Origin: a virus
Taxonomy: Duplodnaviria; Caudoviricetes
Strand: one strand, 5' to 3'
IMG/VR virus record: IMGVR_UViG_3300044514_000023
Coordinates: 1 to 42,738 of that record
DNA: 42,738 nt
How positions within the stretch are numbered: position 1 is the stretch's first letter; the number at the start of each line of letters is the position of its first letter. The notes beneath the pieces were generated by a model. That model saw only the letters and a program-made list of their open reading frames with translations, made no database searches and was not told the DNA's origin. Positions 8,189 to 17,806 of this stretch are shown here, in pieces. The position numbers and the translations under genes were made by a program.

Positions 8189-8446
8189 CTACAGCCGCTC
8201 GGCTCCGCCAGTGGCTTCACCGGCGAGCGTGGCATCTTCGGGCGGCACCGGTCGCGTTCGCTTGTACATCACCCACGCCTCGCCCGTGCCGGCTACCGGC
8301 CGGACACGGACGTCAAGGCGCCCGAAAAGCTCCCGCGCCTCGAGGATCTCGACCTCAAGCGTAGGCATCGCGTCGGGCAGCAGGCCGACCGGGGTCCCGA
8401 AGTAGAACGGCAGCAGCCTGCGTTGACCGACGAGCGGGGCGGTCAT
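8189..8446 (-). CDS. Hypothetical phage protein
   Basis: VEILEARELFGRLDVRVRPVAGTGEAWV; ATGA-coupled. Confidence 0.65.
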   Translation of the reverse strand: MTAPLVGQRRLLPFYFGTPVGLLPDAMPTLEVEILEARELFGRLDVRVRPVAGTGEAWVMYKRTRPVPPEDATLAGEATGGAERL

Positions 8447-8652
8447 GACTTGCCCAGGTACAGGACGAACGGGGCGCCACGGCTGAGGTTGACGCGATGT
8501 TCGCCCATCATGATTCGGCGGACCGCCTCCCACACTTCCGAGTCGTCGCGGTTCGCTTCGAGAAACGCCTCGAAGGACGTGCGCTCCTCGGACTGATCGA
8601 TCCAGACCGTAGCGCTTGGGGTCTTCGTGTTTTTGCTGACTTCGATCTTCAT
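8443..8652 (-). CDS. Hypothetical protein
   Basis: GGGAGG RBS, operon context. Confidence 0.65.
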   Translation of the reverse strand: MKIEVSKNTKTPSATVWIDQSEERTSFEAFLEANRDDSEVWEAVRRIMMGEHRVNLSRGAPFVLYLGKS

Positions 8653-8714
8653 GCTTTCCTCCCGCGGGTCTGGCCCGCTCCGGGCGAGGCGCAGCGCGCC
8701 ACGTCCAGGCCGGG

Positions 8715-9377
8715 TCAGCCGGACCGCGGCATCACAATCCCGTCCACCTCGCCGGCCGGGCCTTTGAGGTGCAGCGTGTAGGGGCCGACGCTGGGTCCTA
8801 GGCTGGACTTCGGGTGCTCCTTGGCTATCGGGGCGCCGAACCGGACGGGCTTCGTCTCGCCGTTCCGGTAGCCGGCGGCCGCGCCCATCGTTTTGAGCAC
8901 GCGGCCCAGGATCTCGCCGTCCAGCGTGAACGCCGCATGCTTGCCGGGCTCGGCCGGCACGACGTTCCGCCAGCTCGGGAATCGGCCGTCCGGTATCGGA
9001 GCGCTCTTGACAGTCGGGCTTTCGAGGTCGGTGACCGCGCCCCAGACCTTCCCGCCCGAGACGAAGATCATGACGTTTTCGAGGATCGGCATGGCCGTTT
9101 TCTTGGGCGTGGCCTTCGCCAGCTCCGAGAGAAACCCGACCGGCACGAGGATGCTCTGCACGTCCTCCGCTTCCGGCAGGCCCGGAATGAGCGGGAAGTC
9201 CTCTGCCGGCCGGATCGGATAGCGGGCCACGACCAGCGCGTGGCCATCGGTCGCGACGGCGAGTAGCTTCTCGCCCTCGATTTCCAGGCTGATCGCCTGG
9301 AGGCTGTACCTTGGGTCATCCTTCGACGCCGCGGCTTCCACCGCGGCCGCCTGCTTCGGTACGATCCACTGTCGCAT
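8715..9377 (-). CDS. DNA polymerase III beta-clamp-like protein (partial DnaN fold)
   Basis: Start MRQWIV with GAGGAGG; R..LQAI, VATDGHAL, GRFPSWRNVVP resemble DnaN; also PILENV...TDLE. Confidence 0.7.
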   Translation of the reverse strand: MRQWIVPKQAAAVEAAASKDDPRYSLQAISLEIEGEKLLAVATDGHALVVARYPIRPAEDFPLIPGLPEAEDVQSILVPVGFLSELAKATPKKTAMPILENVMIFVSGGKVWGAVTDLESPTVKSAPIPDGRFPSWRNVVPAEPGKHAAFTLDGEILGRVLKTMGAAAGYRNGETKPVRFGAPIAKEHPKSSLGPSVGPYTLHLKGPAGEVDGIVMPRSG

Positions 9378-9441
9378 CGTTTCCTCCTCGCGGTGCCTTC
9401 TGGCCCGCTCTCCTGCGCCCCGTGAGGCGCAGAAGGCCTGG

Positions 9442-9687
9442 TCAGTGGCGGCGCGTCCCGCCCTCGCGATCCCATGGCAGGTCGTAGTCCTGCGGGTCGC
9501 CGCTGCGGATGTACGTCGCGTACTGCGCCCGCCGCTCGCGGACATACTGGACGGCCGTCCGGTAGTCCATGACGGCGCTCTCATCCCAGTAGTCCAGGCG
9601 CGGGCTGCTGCCCGTCCACACGACCCACCGCCCGCCCTGCGGCCGCCTGTGTGCTATCTCGAAGGCTCGCTGTCTCTGGGTGCTCAT
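9442..9687 (-). CDS. Hypothetical protein, first gene of accessory operon
   Basis: AGGAGG RBS directly after a good promoter. Confidence 0.65.
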   Translation of the reverse strand: MSTQRQRAFEIAHRRPQGGRWVVWTGSSPRLDYWDESAVMDYRTAVQYVRERRAQYATYIRSGDPQDYDLPWDREGGTRRH

Positions 9688-9704
9688 GTCGTTTCCTCCT
9701 ATGC

Positions 9705-9738
9705 CCTACAATGTACAGCCTGTAGGCCATAGATGCAA
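9705..9738 (-). promoter_or_regulatory. Leftward sigma70 promoter with overlapping palindromic operator
   Basis: TTGCAT-17 nt-TACATT; inverted repeat CCTACA-N10-TGTAGG at 9705-9726. Confidence 0.7.
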
Positions 9739-10066
9739 GGGGAAAGAGAGGACCGATTTGGCCTTTGTGATGACCGATCTTGTTGCACGTGGAACATCAG
9801 GCAAAAACAGCTTGACACGCCGGCCGTGCTGGTGCTTTTGCTCCTACGGGGACGCCGAGCATGACGCGCGGGCCCGCGGCGAGCCGGAGAGACAACCGGC
9901 CTCCACCGCACCGGACCCCAGGCTCGAAGCCTGCGGACATCCACCGCGCGGACTACTGGACCCGCTGGGATGGCAGAAGCGCCCCGATGGTCCAGGCCAG
10001 GCGTCGGGCGAACCAAGGTCGCCCCGGGCAAGGGGTAGTCCGCTTTCGTGATAATCTATCCAGCCG

Positions 10067-10273
10067 ATGGCGATTTGCCGCCTCTGTGCCGCTCCCGCCG
10101 ACCGCCGCATGGATGATCGCCCGGCCTGCGATGCCTGTAGGGTAGCCGTCTACCGGGCTCGGGCACTCCCTCAGGCTGAGTACGCGGCGAGCCTGCGGGC
10201 CGCTGAACTCCATCTCACCCGCCTGCTTGTCGCACGCCGTGGCCTCGCCTACCTGGGTCGAATCCGCGCCTGA
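10067..10273 (+). CDS. Small Zn-finger protein
   Basis: CRLC...CDAC; no clear RBS. Confidence 0.45.
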   Translation: MAICRLCAAPADRRMDDRPACDACRVAVYRARALPQAEYAASLRAAELHLTRLLVARRGLAYLGRIRA

Positions 10274-10336
10274 GTCGAGTAACGCCAGCGTACCAAGGTC
10301 TTGACATCTCTGCTTATCTGTGGGCTTTTTTGAGGC

Positions 10337-11731
10337 GTGGCCGCGAAAACACAACCGATGGAAACAGTTCAGCTCCGCACCGACGTGCTAGCCGGCATGG
10401 GCAGCCCGTACAACCCGCGTCGCATCTCGCCTCACGACCTAGCTTCGCTCCGTCGATCGCTCACGACCTTCGGCGTGGTCGAGCCCGTGGTGGTCAACCG
10501 CCGCACGGGACGCATCGTCGGGGGCCACCAGCGGGTCAAGGCCGCGGAGGCCTCGGGCATCGAGGAGCTTCCCGTCGTCTACGTGGATCTCGACGAGGCG
10601 CAGGAGAAGCAGCTCAACCTGGCGCTCAACCGGATCCACGGCGATTGGGATACCGAACTCCTGGCGAAGGTGCTGGCCGACCTGCAGGAGCGGGAGGCTG
10701 ACCTCGAACTCACGGGATTCTCAGAGACGGAGATCGCGGCGCTGATCGAGGTGCAGCGCCATGGCGACCCTGACGCGATCCCCGAGCCGCCGGACGAGCC
10801 GGCGACGAAGCCGCACGACATGATCGTCCTGGGCCGCCACCGTCTCCTCTGCGGCGACAGCGCGGACCCGATACTCCTGCAGCTCCTGCTCGGGGACGAG
10901 CGTGCCCACCTCATCCACACCGACCCTCCGTACAACGTGAAGGTCGAGCCCCGCTCGAACAACGCGATCGCCTCGGGCCTGAAAAGCACGAAGGGGAACG
11001 TCCCGTCCGAGCAGCTAGCCCGCGTGCGCAAGACCAAGCACCACCACCAAGGCCTGGACCTCGCCCGCCACCCCGAGAAGGCGAAGCCCACCGGGAAAAT
11101 GCGCGCCAGGGATCGAGAGCTGGAGAACGACTTTATCTCCGACGAGGCGTTCGCCGAGAAGCTCGTGGCGTGGTTCCAGCGAATGGCCGACGCGCTGGAG
11201 CCCGGTCGTGCGTTCTACGTCTGGGGCGACTACCGCAACATCGAGGCGTTCCCGCGCGCGTTGCGTGCCGCGGGCCTCTACTTCTCCCAGGCCATCATCT
11301 GGGTGAAGGAATGGCCGGTGCTGACCCGCAAGGACTTCATGGGCAACCACGAGTGGTGCTTCTACGGCTGGAAGGAGGGGGCGGCCCACTACTTCGCCCC
11401 GGGGGTCAATAACGCGACGGACGTGTGGTCGGTGAAGAAGGTCACTCCCCAGGCGATGGTGCACCTGACGGAGAAGCCGGTGGAGCTCGCCGAGCGCGCG
11501 ATGACCTACTCGTCGAGGAAGGGCGAGAACGTGCTCGATCTCTTCGGAGGCAGCGGCTCGACGCTGATCGCGGCCGAGCGGATGGGCCGGAGGGCGTTCC
11601 TGATGGAGATCGATCCGGCCTACTGCGACGTCATCGTTACCCGCTGGGAGAACTTCACCGGAAGAAAGGCCGAGGGCTGGAGGGGGAACGAAGCAGCCGA
11701 CCTTTGCCTCCACGCGCCGTCAAGGACTTAA
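10337..11731 (+). CDS. ParB-like domain + N6A/N4C DNA methyltransferase
   Basis: YNPR...FGVVEPVVVN...GGHQR (ParB-N); TDPPYN; H.TEKP; DLFGGSGST; EIDPAY. Confidence 0.93.
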   Translation: MAAKTQPMETVQLRTDVLAGMGSPYNPRRISPHDLASLRRSLTTFGVVEPVVVNRRTGRIVGGHQRVKAAEASGIEELPVVYVDLDEAQEKQLNLALNRIHGDWDTELLAKVLADLQEREADLELTGFSETEIAALIEVQRHGDPDAIPEPPDEPATKPHDMIVLGRHRLLCGDSADPILLQLLLGDERAHLIHTDPPYNVKVEPRSNNAIASGLKSTKGNVPSEQLARVRKTKHHHQGLDLARHPEKAKPTGKMRARDRELENDFISDEAFAEKLVAWFQRMADALEPGRAFYVWGDYRNIEAFPRALRAAGLYFSQAIIWVKEWPVLTRKDFMGNHEWCFYGWKEGAAHYFAPGVNNATDVWSVKKVTPQAMVHLTEKPVELAERAMTYSSRKGENVLDLFGGSGSTLIAAERMGRRAFLMEIDPAYCDVIVTRWENFTGRKAEGWRGNEAADLCLHAPSRT

Positions 11732-11736
11732 TTGAC

Positions 11737-12168
11737 ATGGCCGGTATCGGCGGAGCCGCCACGCCCGAGAAGATCGCGACGAAGGAAAAGCACCGTCGTG
11801 CCCTCGAGCTGCGAAAGGCCGGCCTGACCTACCAGGTGATCGCAGATCAGATCGGCTACCGCGGTCCTTCGACGGTGCACGCAGCGGTCATGAGAGAGTT
11901 GCGTGAGATCTGCCGCGAGCCAGCGGAGGAGCTGCGAACACTAGAGCTTGAGCGCCTGGACCGACTGTGGGCCGGCGTCTGGACGCAGGCCAAGCAGGGG
12001 CACCTAGGTTCGATTGATCGCTGTCTCCGAATTCTGGAGCGTCGAGCGCGTCTGCTCGGACTGGACGCCCCTCTCAAAGTCGAGCTGCCCGACGAGCCTA
12101 GGGAGCGCCGAGCGACGTTCGCGGATGGTTCGCCGATGGAGACCGATGCAAGCCCAGCCGAACGCTGA
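11737..12168 (+). CDS. terS: Terminase small subunit (HTH)
   Basis: ALELRKAGLTYQVIADQIGY, ERRARLLGLDAP; directly upstream of TerL. Confidence 0.75.
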   Translation: MAGIGGAATPEKIATKEKHRRALELRKAGLTYQVIADQIGYRGPSTVHAAVMRELREICREPAEELRTLELERLDRLWAGVWTQAKQGHLGSIDRCLRILERRARLLGLDAPLKVELPDEPRERRATFADGSPMETDASPAER

Positions 12169-13525
12169 CACGCTCACCCTGCCTACGCTGTACCATTACC
12201 AGCGTAGGCTCGTGGCCGATCCGGCTCGCGATGTGCCGGTCGTGTCGGCAACGCAGGTCGGCAAGACCGCCGCTCTGTCCGCTTGGCTGCTAGGCAAGAT
12301 GTGGAGCTCCACCGGGCCTCATCCTTGGTGGTGGGTCGCCCCGACCTACGTGGGGACAGTCCCTGGGCAACGGACCCTATGGCAGCTCGCGAAGTCCTCG
12401 AAGATCATCCGTGCCGGACCCTATCCTCCGTTTCGATCAGCGCCACCTCCGCCGCTCGTACTTACGAACGGGCAGGTATGCGAGTTCCGGACCTGGGACG
12501 ATCCGGCGCATCTGATGGGCCCGACTATCGCGGGCGCAGTGGTGGACGAGGCGGGGCAACTGACCGAGTATGCGCAGAGCGCGATATCGACGCGGCGCAG
12601 CGCCACGTTCGGGCCGGTTCGATACATCGGCAACCCCGGTCCACTTGGTGGCACGTTCTATCGTCTCTGCGAGCTGGCGCAGAGCCAGAGCAACGTGCTC
12701 GGAATGGACGGCCGACGACGCTACGGATTCCACCGATGGACTTGGCGGGATAAGATGGCTGCGATGAGCGCAGAGCGAGCCGCAGAGTACGGGTCGTTCA
12801 TTGAGGACGAGCGCTCGCGTCTGGCGTCTTACATGTTCCGGCAGATGTACGAGGCCGAATGGGCTGACTGGAACGACCTTCCAGTCTACACGTTCGATCG
12901 CGCGGTTCACGTCAACGCCGAGCACTCTGGCTATCAACCGGAGCTTCCTATCGAGCTGTCGTGCGACTTCAACGTGGACCCGATGTGCTGGACGTTAGGA
13001 CAGCACAAGGGAGACCTGGCCTGGGAGTTCGGCGAGATCATGATCCCAGGAAGCGCGACAACCGGCGATGCGTGCCGTGAGTTCGTACGCCGGTTTCCTC
13101 GCGAGACCGTAGTGGTTTACGGAGATGCGACCGGCAAGGCTCGTGACACGAGGAGCAAGCGCTCAGACTACGACATCATCGCGGAGATGTTGGGCGATGG
13201 TCGGCGGCGTCTTTCGTTCGACGTGCCGGCGAGAAATCCTCCAGTTACTTCGCGCGTCAACGCATTCAACTCGCTACTCAAGTCGGCGTCGGGTGACGTC
13301 CGCTACTATCTATCGCCCGACTGCAAGACGCTCGCGGACGATCTGGCCCGTGTCTCCTGGAAGCCAGGCACACGCGAGATAGACGGCCGAAACAAGCAGC
13401 TAACTCACGCGTCGAGCGCGGCCGGCTACCGGCTGTCCCGACTTTTCCCTATCGTCCTGGTTGGCCCGACCTACACGTCTAGGGCGATCCGTCACGTCGA
13501 TCCGATCATGGAGGCGGTGTTCTGA
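12146..13525 (+). CDS. terL: Terminase large subunit
   Basis: TQVGKT Walker A, VVDEAG Walker B, GNP, QMYEAEW, SCDFN and GDATG nuclease motifs. Confidence 0.92.
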   Translation: MQAQPNADTLTLPTLYHYQRRLVADPARDVPVVSATQVGKTAALSAWLLGKMWSSTGPHPWWWVAPTYVGTVPGQRTLWQLAKSSKIIRAGPYPPFRSAPPPPLVLTNGQVCEFRTWDDPAHLMGPTIAGAVVDEAGQLTEYAQSAISTRRSATFGPVRYIGNPGPLGGTFYRLCELAQSQSNVLGMDGRRRYGFHRWTWRDKMAAMSAERAAEYGSFIEDERSRLASYMFRQMYEAEWADWNDLPVYTFDRAVHVNAEHSGYQPELPIELSCDFNVDPMCWTLGQHKGDLAWEFGEIMIPGSATTGDACREFVRRFPRETVVVYGDATGKARDTRSKRSDYDIIAEMLGDGRRRLSFDVPARNPPVTSRVNAFNSLLKSASGDVRYYLSPDCKTLADDLARVSWKPGTREIDGRNKQLTHASSAAGYRLSRLFPIVLVGPTYTSRAIRHVDPIMEAVF

Positions 13526-15393
13526 TGGGCGTTCTCCGCAACATCGCGTCCTACGCTCTCCGTCAGATCCCGCTCGTGCGCGAGTTTGAACAGCGCCAGC
13601 TCGCCGCCGAGAAGATGGCGCTGCGTTACCGAGCTCAGGCTAGCGGCGTCAAGATCACTATGGGTCGGTACGAGACGGAGATCAACGAGGCGATGCGTGG
13701 GTCGAAGAAGTGGGACTCCATCGCCAGGATGGAGGCCGATCCGCACGTCAAGGGAGCGCTCCGGTTCAACTCGCTCCCGCTGCTCGCGGCCGAGTGGGTG
13801 ATCGTGCCGGCATCGGAGGACAAGCGAGACCAGGACATTGCTGAGTTCGTTGCCGCGAATCTGCTCTGCCAATCTGGAGAGACCTACGGGCAGGAGTATT
13901 GGCTACAGACCTCGTGGAGGCAGCGGCTGTTCGAGATCCTGGACATGCTCAGCTCGGGATTCTCCATGTTCGCGAAGACCACTCGCCGAGTAGGCTCGAG
14001 AGTCGTGTACGACCGGATGGCCTGGCTAGAACCAGCTAGCGTAGATCCGCACGGATGGATGCTGGACGACGAGGACCGGATCACCAGGGTCGTCCGAACC
14101 TACCAGACGCCCACGATGAGTTATCGGGTCAGGGAGGCTCTGGCGGCCGAGCAAATCTGTCTGTACGTCTGGGAGCTGAAGGGTGCTCGCTACGAGGGCA
14201 CTTCGTTCATTCGAAGCATGTGGGGCCCGTGGTTCAGAAAGGACGCGATCCTACGCTACTCCGCAATTGCGGCCCAGAAGTTCGGCTCGCCCGTGCCTAT
14301 GGGGATCTATCCGCCATCATGGTCCACCCAGCAGGACGTGCTCGACAACTGGACCGAGTTCGTCGAGAGCTTGCGAGGCACCTCACCGACCGAGGCTGTC
14401 TTCGTTGGGCCTGCCGGCGATACGCCTGAGTTGCCGAAGGTCTCCTATGCTGGCCTCGAGGTAGAGAACGTTGATCGCCTCCGCGGCCTGATCGACGGCG
14501 AGAACGCAGAGATCGCGCACGCCGGCGGCACGAAGGCGATGCTGCTAGGCGAGACCGCGACCGGAGCTAAGGCGGTAGCGGAACCCATCTCCGCAATCGA
14601 GCTGATGTTCCTGCGGGCGATTGCGACCGCCATCGAGGAGTTCGCCAACATCGGCGCCGCGAATCTCAAGGGTGAGGTGCAAGAACTCGTGGACTGGAAC
14701 TACGGCGGGGTGCAACGGTATCCGCGGCTCAAGTGTGCGAACGTTCATCCGGCGGAGAGGCTTTCGAAGATGCCAGGGCTCATCGCCGCAGTTGGCGCCG
14801 GGATAGTGCCGAAGCATCCCGAGCTCCGGAAGCAGGTGACGGAGCTGTACGGGTTCCATCTTCCCGACGATGCCTACGAGCCAGAGCCCATCCCTGGCAT
14901 CCGGCCAGGTGGCAACGGAGGTTTCGAGGGTGGGCAAGCTGGCGAGGATATAGAGGGCGAGAACGGCAATGGTAAATCAGCGGAAGAACGCGCCCTCTCT
15001 CTCGCTTCGTATCGTCAGCGTGTCGAGGACCTGCTGCGCCCAGCAGAGGAGGACGCGCCCGCCAAGGGCGCCCGGTTTCGTCGCCGCACCGTCCTAGAGG
15101 CCAAGCATGTCAACCTCGCAGCCGTCCAGGAGTCGTTTGACAAAGGAGACCGGGATCTGTTACTCGTTCTTCGGGACACGCATTGGCGGATGTTGGAGGA
15201 GATCATGCGGCGGGTAGCGAGCGGCAAGATCAACGCGCGCAATCTAGAGAGCCAGCGGAGGAGCAAGTTCCGCGGCGTGGAGAAGGCGTCGCAGGCGATC
15301 ACCAAGGCGCTCGAGGACGTAGGCGAGCGCGGGTCTGATCATGCTAGCCAGGAGATCACGAGCCAGACGGAGGCAGGACGTGACGCTGCCTAG
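13525..15393 (+). CDS. Portal protein (DUF935/Mu gp29-like) with ~150-aa C-terminal extension
   Basis: Follows TerL; DPHV, GFSMF, YEGTSFIR..W..W, KFGSPVP. Confidence 0.85.
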   Translation: MGVLRNIASYALRQIPLVREFEQRQLAAEKMALRYRAQASGVKITMGRYETEINEAMRGSKKWDSIARMEADPHVKGALRFNSLPLLAAEWVIVPASEDKRDQDIAEFVAANLLCQSGETYGQEYWLQTSWRQRLFEILDMLSSGFSMFAKTTRRVGSRVVYDRMAWLEPASVDPHGWMLDDEDRITRVVRTYQTPTMSYRVREALAAEQICLYVWELKGARYEGTSFIRSMWGPWFRKDAILRYSAIAAQKFGSPVPMGIYPPSWSTQQDVLDNWTEFVESLRGTSPTEAVFVGPAGDTPELPKVSYAGLEVENVDRLRGLIDGENAEIAHAGGTKAMLLGETATGAKAVAEPISAIELMFLRAIATAIEEFANIGAANLKGEVQELVDWNYGGVQRYPRLKCANVHPAERLSKMPGLIAAVGAGIVPKHPELRKQVTELYGFHLPDDAYEPEPIPGIRPGGNGGFEGGQAGEDIEGENGNGKSAEERALSLASYRQRVEDLLRPAEEDAPAKGARFRRRTVLEAKHVNLAAVQESFDKGDRDLLLVLRDTHWRMLEEIMRRVASGKINARNLESQRRSKFRGVEKASQAITKALEDVGERGSDHASQEITSQTEAGRDAA

Positions 15394-15838
15394 GAAATAC
15401 GCTTCCGCCTTCGCCGAGGAAGCCCAGGTCGTGGCGACTCTCGACATCTCCGCGATGTGGGATCGGCTGATGGGCGAGGCGCTCACCGAGTGGGCCCGGC
15501 TCAACCGAGAGGGCGTGACCGGTGAGGCGCTGGGGAGGGCGATGCGGGCGCGGCTCGAAGGGCTATCGGAGAAGCCGCTCGACGACCTGGCTCGCAAGAG
15601 CACGAGCGTGGCGTACAACCAGGGTCGCTCGGCGGAGATCCAGTGGCAGGCCGACCTTGGGCGCGTCGAGCAGGTCGTTCGGAGCGAAATCCTAGACGAC
15701 CGGACGTGCGAGGTGTGTGTCACGCTGGACGGTGCGGTGGTAGACGTTGATTCGGAGGACTATCACCGGCTGATGCCGCCAGCGCTGTGCCAGGGAGGCG
15801 AGCGGTGCAGGGGGTTTTACGTGGGGGTCGCGGCATGA
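15380..15838 (+). CDS. MuF/SPP1 gp7-like minor head protein (short form)
   Basis: AYNQGR, LDDRTCEVC..LDG, PP...RCRG. Confidence 0.8.
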   Translation: MTLPRKYASAFAEEAQVVATLDISAMWDRLMGEALTEWARLNREGVTGEALGRAMRARLEGLSEKPLDDLARKSTSVAYNQGRSAEIQWQADLGRVEQVVRSEILDDRTCEVCVTLDGAVVDVDSEDYHRLMPPALCQGGERCRGFYVGVAA

Positions 15839-16065
15839 GCATGATCCGCACGCTCTCCCGCCAGATCCACGCCGAGCACTGGGAAGAGCGTCGGCAGCAT
15901 CGGGCTCAGGTCAAGCTGGAGCGCGAGAGGCGCAAGGTGCGAAGAGGAGAGCAGGCCGTGGCCGCCGTGTCAGCTCCAGCCCAGGTCGCAACCAAGTCGC
16001 CTCGCCTCGGCCCTCTGGCTGGCCGAATCCCCAGGAGGATCAGCAGGAGGGGTACAGACCGATGA
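15835..16065 (+). CDS. Arg-rich hypothetical protein
   Basis: ATGA-coupled at both ends. Confidence 0.5.
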   Translation: MSMIRTLSRQIHAEHWEERRQHRAQVKLERERRKVRRGEQAVAAVSAPAQVATKSPRLGPLAGRIPRRISRRGTDR

Positions 16066-16349
16066 ACAACATGCCGGTCGGAGATCGAAAGACCGTGATG
16101 ATCAATCTCGACGACCACCAGCAACTCGCCAGGACTTGCCTCAACCTTGCGACCGGATGCGGCGCGCAGTCGGAGAAGATTCGTAAGGCGATTGCCGATC
16201 CGTCTATACCAGGGCACGCCGTGTTTCTGGAGGCGCTACAGGTCATCACCGACGCGGTCGCCATGGTGCTCATCTCAATCGCTTCGGTTCAGCGCGAGCG
16301 GGCGAAGATGGTCAAGCCTGCTGGCTTGGTTCTGCCGATGAGGAGTTGA
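16062..16349 (+). CDS. Hypothetical protein
   Basis: GGAGG RBS, coupled. Confidence 0.6.
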   Translation: MNNMPVGDRKTVMINLDDHQQLARTCLNLATGCGAQSEKIRKAIADPSIPGHAVFLEALQVITDAVAMVLISIASVQRERAKMVKPAGLVLPMRS

Positions 16350-17761
16350 TGCCAGGGAAGCTCCATCAATGCGTTGAGAAGGCGATGGCCAGGGGCCATA
16401 GCGAGCAGAGCGCTTACGCGATCTGCAACGCGAACCTGGCTTCGCTCTCAGACCACATGACCGACGAGGAAGTGGATCGCATGATGGGAGCGACCCCGAT
16501 AGCCATGAGCCTCGCCACTCTGCGAGCGGTCCCGTTCCGGATAGTCCGAGAGAATGCCGATGGGAGTGGGGTTGTCGAGATCCCGATCATGAAGGTAGGA
16601 GAGATCGACTTAAGCAAGACAGCGAAACCGGTCAACAAGACCTGGAAGATAACCCCGGAGATTCTGTCCGAGGTGGTCTCGAACTTCGGTCGTTACGGGA
16701 GTCCAATCCCGGTTGGTGTCCATCCTCACGCCGCAACGCTAGGCGACACAGCCGGACCGATGCCGGCGTTTTTCAACTCCATGGATGTTCGCGGAGATTC
16801 CATTTGGGCTTCTGTTTTCGCCACGCCAATGTTGTTCCATGAGATCAGGTCTGGAGCGTGGAGAAGTTTCTCTCCCGATGTTGGCTTGAACGTGGAATGG
16901 CCTTCGATCACACTCAAGGGATGGAGTGTGTACGGAGGCGTGTTCACCAACCGACCAGCCCAGGAACTCCAATTCGGGCCACCTCATGCTATCGCCGCAG
17001 CGTTCATGCCAACTAGGGTTCAGACGTCGATAAGGATTCAACTCAGCCTCGAGGAGAGGCAGGAGGGCAAGATGCCAGAAGACAAGACGATCAGCCTCGC
17101 CACTCACGAGGCCGCGGTTGCGGATTTCAACAGCAAGATCGCGCTCGCGAACGACAAGATAACGCGCCTGGAGACCAATCAGGCCGGATACACCTCGGAG
17201 ATCGCCACCTTGCGAAAGGCGGTATCTGACGGTGATGCCGCGCTCACCGCAGCGCTGAACGACAAGACCCTAGCGGTTTCATCGGCCAACCGTCTGGAGG
17301 CGCAATCGAAGGCCCAGGGCGAAACGATTCGCCAGCTCGAGACTGCGAAGACAGAGCTTGAGCTGAAGGTCAAGAAGCAGGACCGTGAGACTAGCGACCA
17401 CTCGATCAAGCTCACGATCACGGAAGCGGTGGAGAAGGGTCTTGCCCCGGCGCTGTTCGACGGATGGGAACCCGACCCGACCGCGTGGATGGAGAAGAAC
17501 TTTGCCTCGCTCGCGGCGTTCCAGTCGCACGTCCGCGTGCTGACCGGCGTCGGCCCGAAGATTTCGCTGGGTTCTGGGACCGTGAAGAGCGGCCACGACC
17601 CGGCGAAGGCGGCCGATCCCGAGAAGGTCACGCTGACGGCCGAGGAGGAAGCCCAGATGAAGAAGCTGGGACTCGGCATCGACTTCGTGGGCGTCACGAC
17701 CGAGGAGCAGGCGCGCGCCGTGATGGAGGCGCGGAAGACGGCGGCGGCCGCGAAGAAGTAG
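16349..17761 (+). CDS. Prohead protease-scaffold fusion (Mu gpI-like)
   Basis: H...PA...W...I.SG.W..FSP...FTNRPA protease core, then coiled-coil; internal RBS+ATG at 17072. Confidence 0.8.
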   Translation: MPGKLHQCVEKAMARGHSEQSAYAICNANLASLSDHMTDEEVDRMMGATPIAMSLATLRAVPFRIVRENADGSGVVEIPIMKVGEIDLSKTAKPVNKTWKITPEILSEVVSNFGRYGSPIPVGVHPHAATLGDTAGPMPAFFNSMDVRGDSIWASVFATPMLFHEIRSGAWRSFSPDVGLNVEWPSITLKGWSVYGGVFTNRPAQELQFGPPHAIAAAFMPTRVQTSIRIQLSLEERQEGKMPEDKTISLATHEAAVADFNSKIALANDKITRLETNQAGYTSEIATLRKAVSDGDAALTAALNDKTLAVSSANRLEAQSKAQGETIRQLETAKTELELKVKKQDRETSDHSIKLTITEAVEKGLAPALFDGWEPDPTAWMEKNFASLAAFQSHVRVLTGVGPKISLGSGTVKSGHDPAKAADPEKVTLTAEEEAQMKKLGLGIDFVGVTTEEQARAVMEARKTAAAAKK

Positions 17762-17806
17762 CCGCAGCCCTCTTGACCCCGCGGCCTCATGAACCGCGGG
17801 GAGCGT

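Noticed and set aside
9861-10145. 94-aa ORF
   Set aside because: R/P-rich, weak RBS, overlaps a likelier ORF and a promoter-like region
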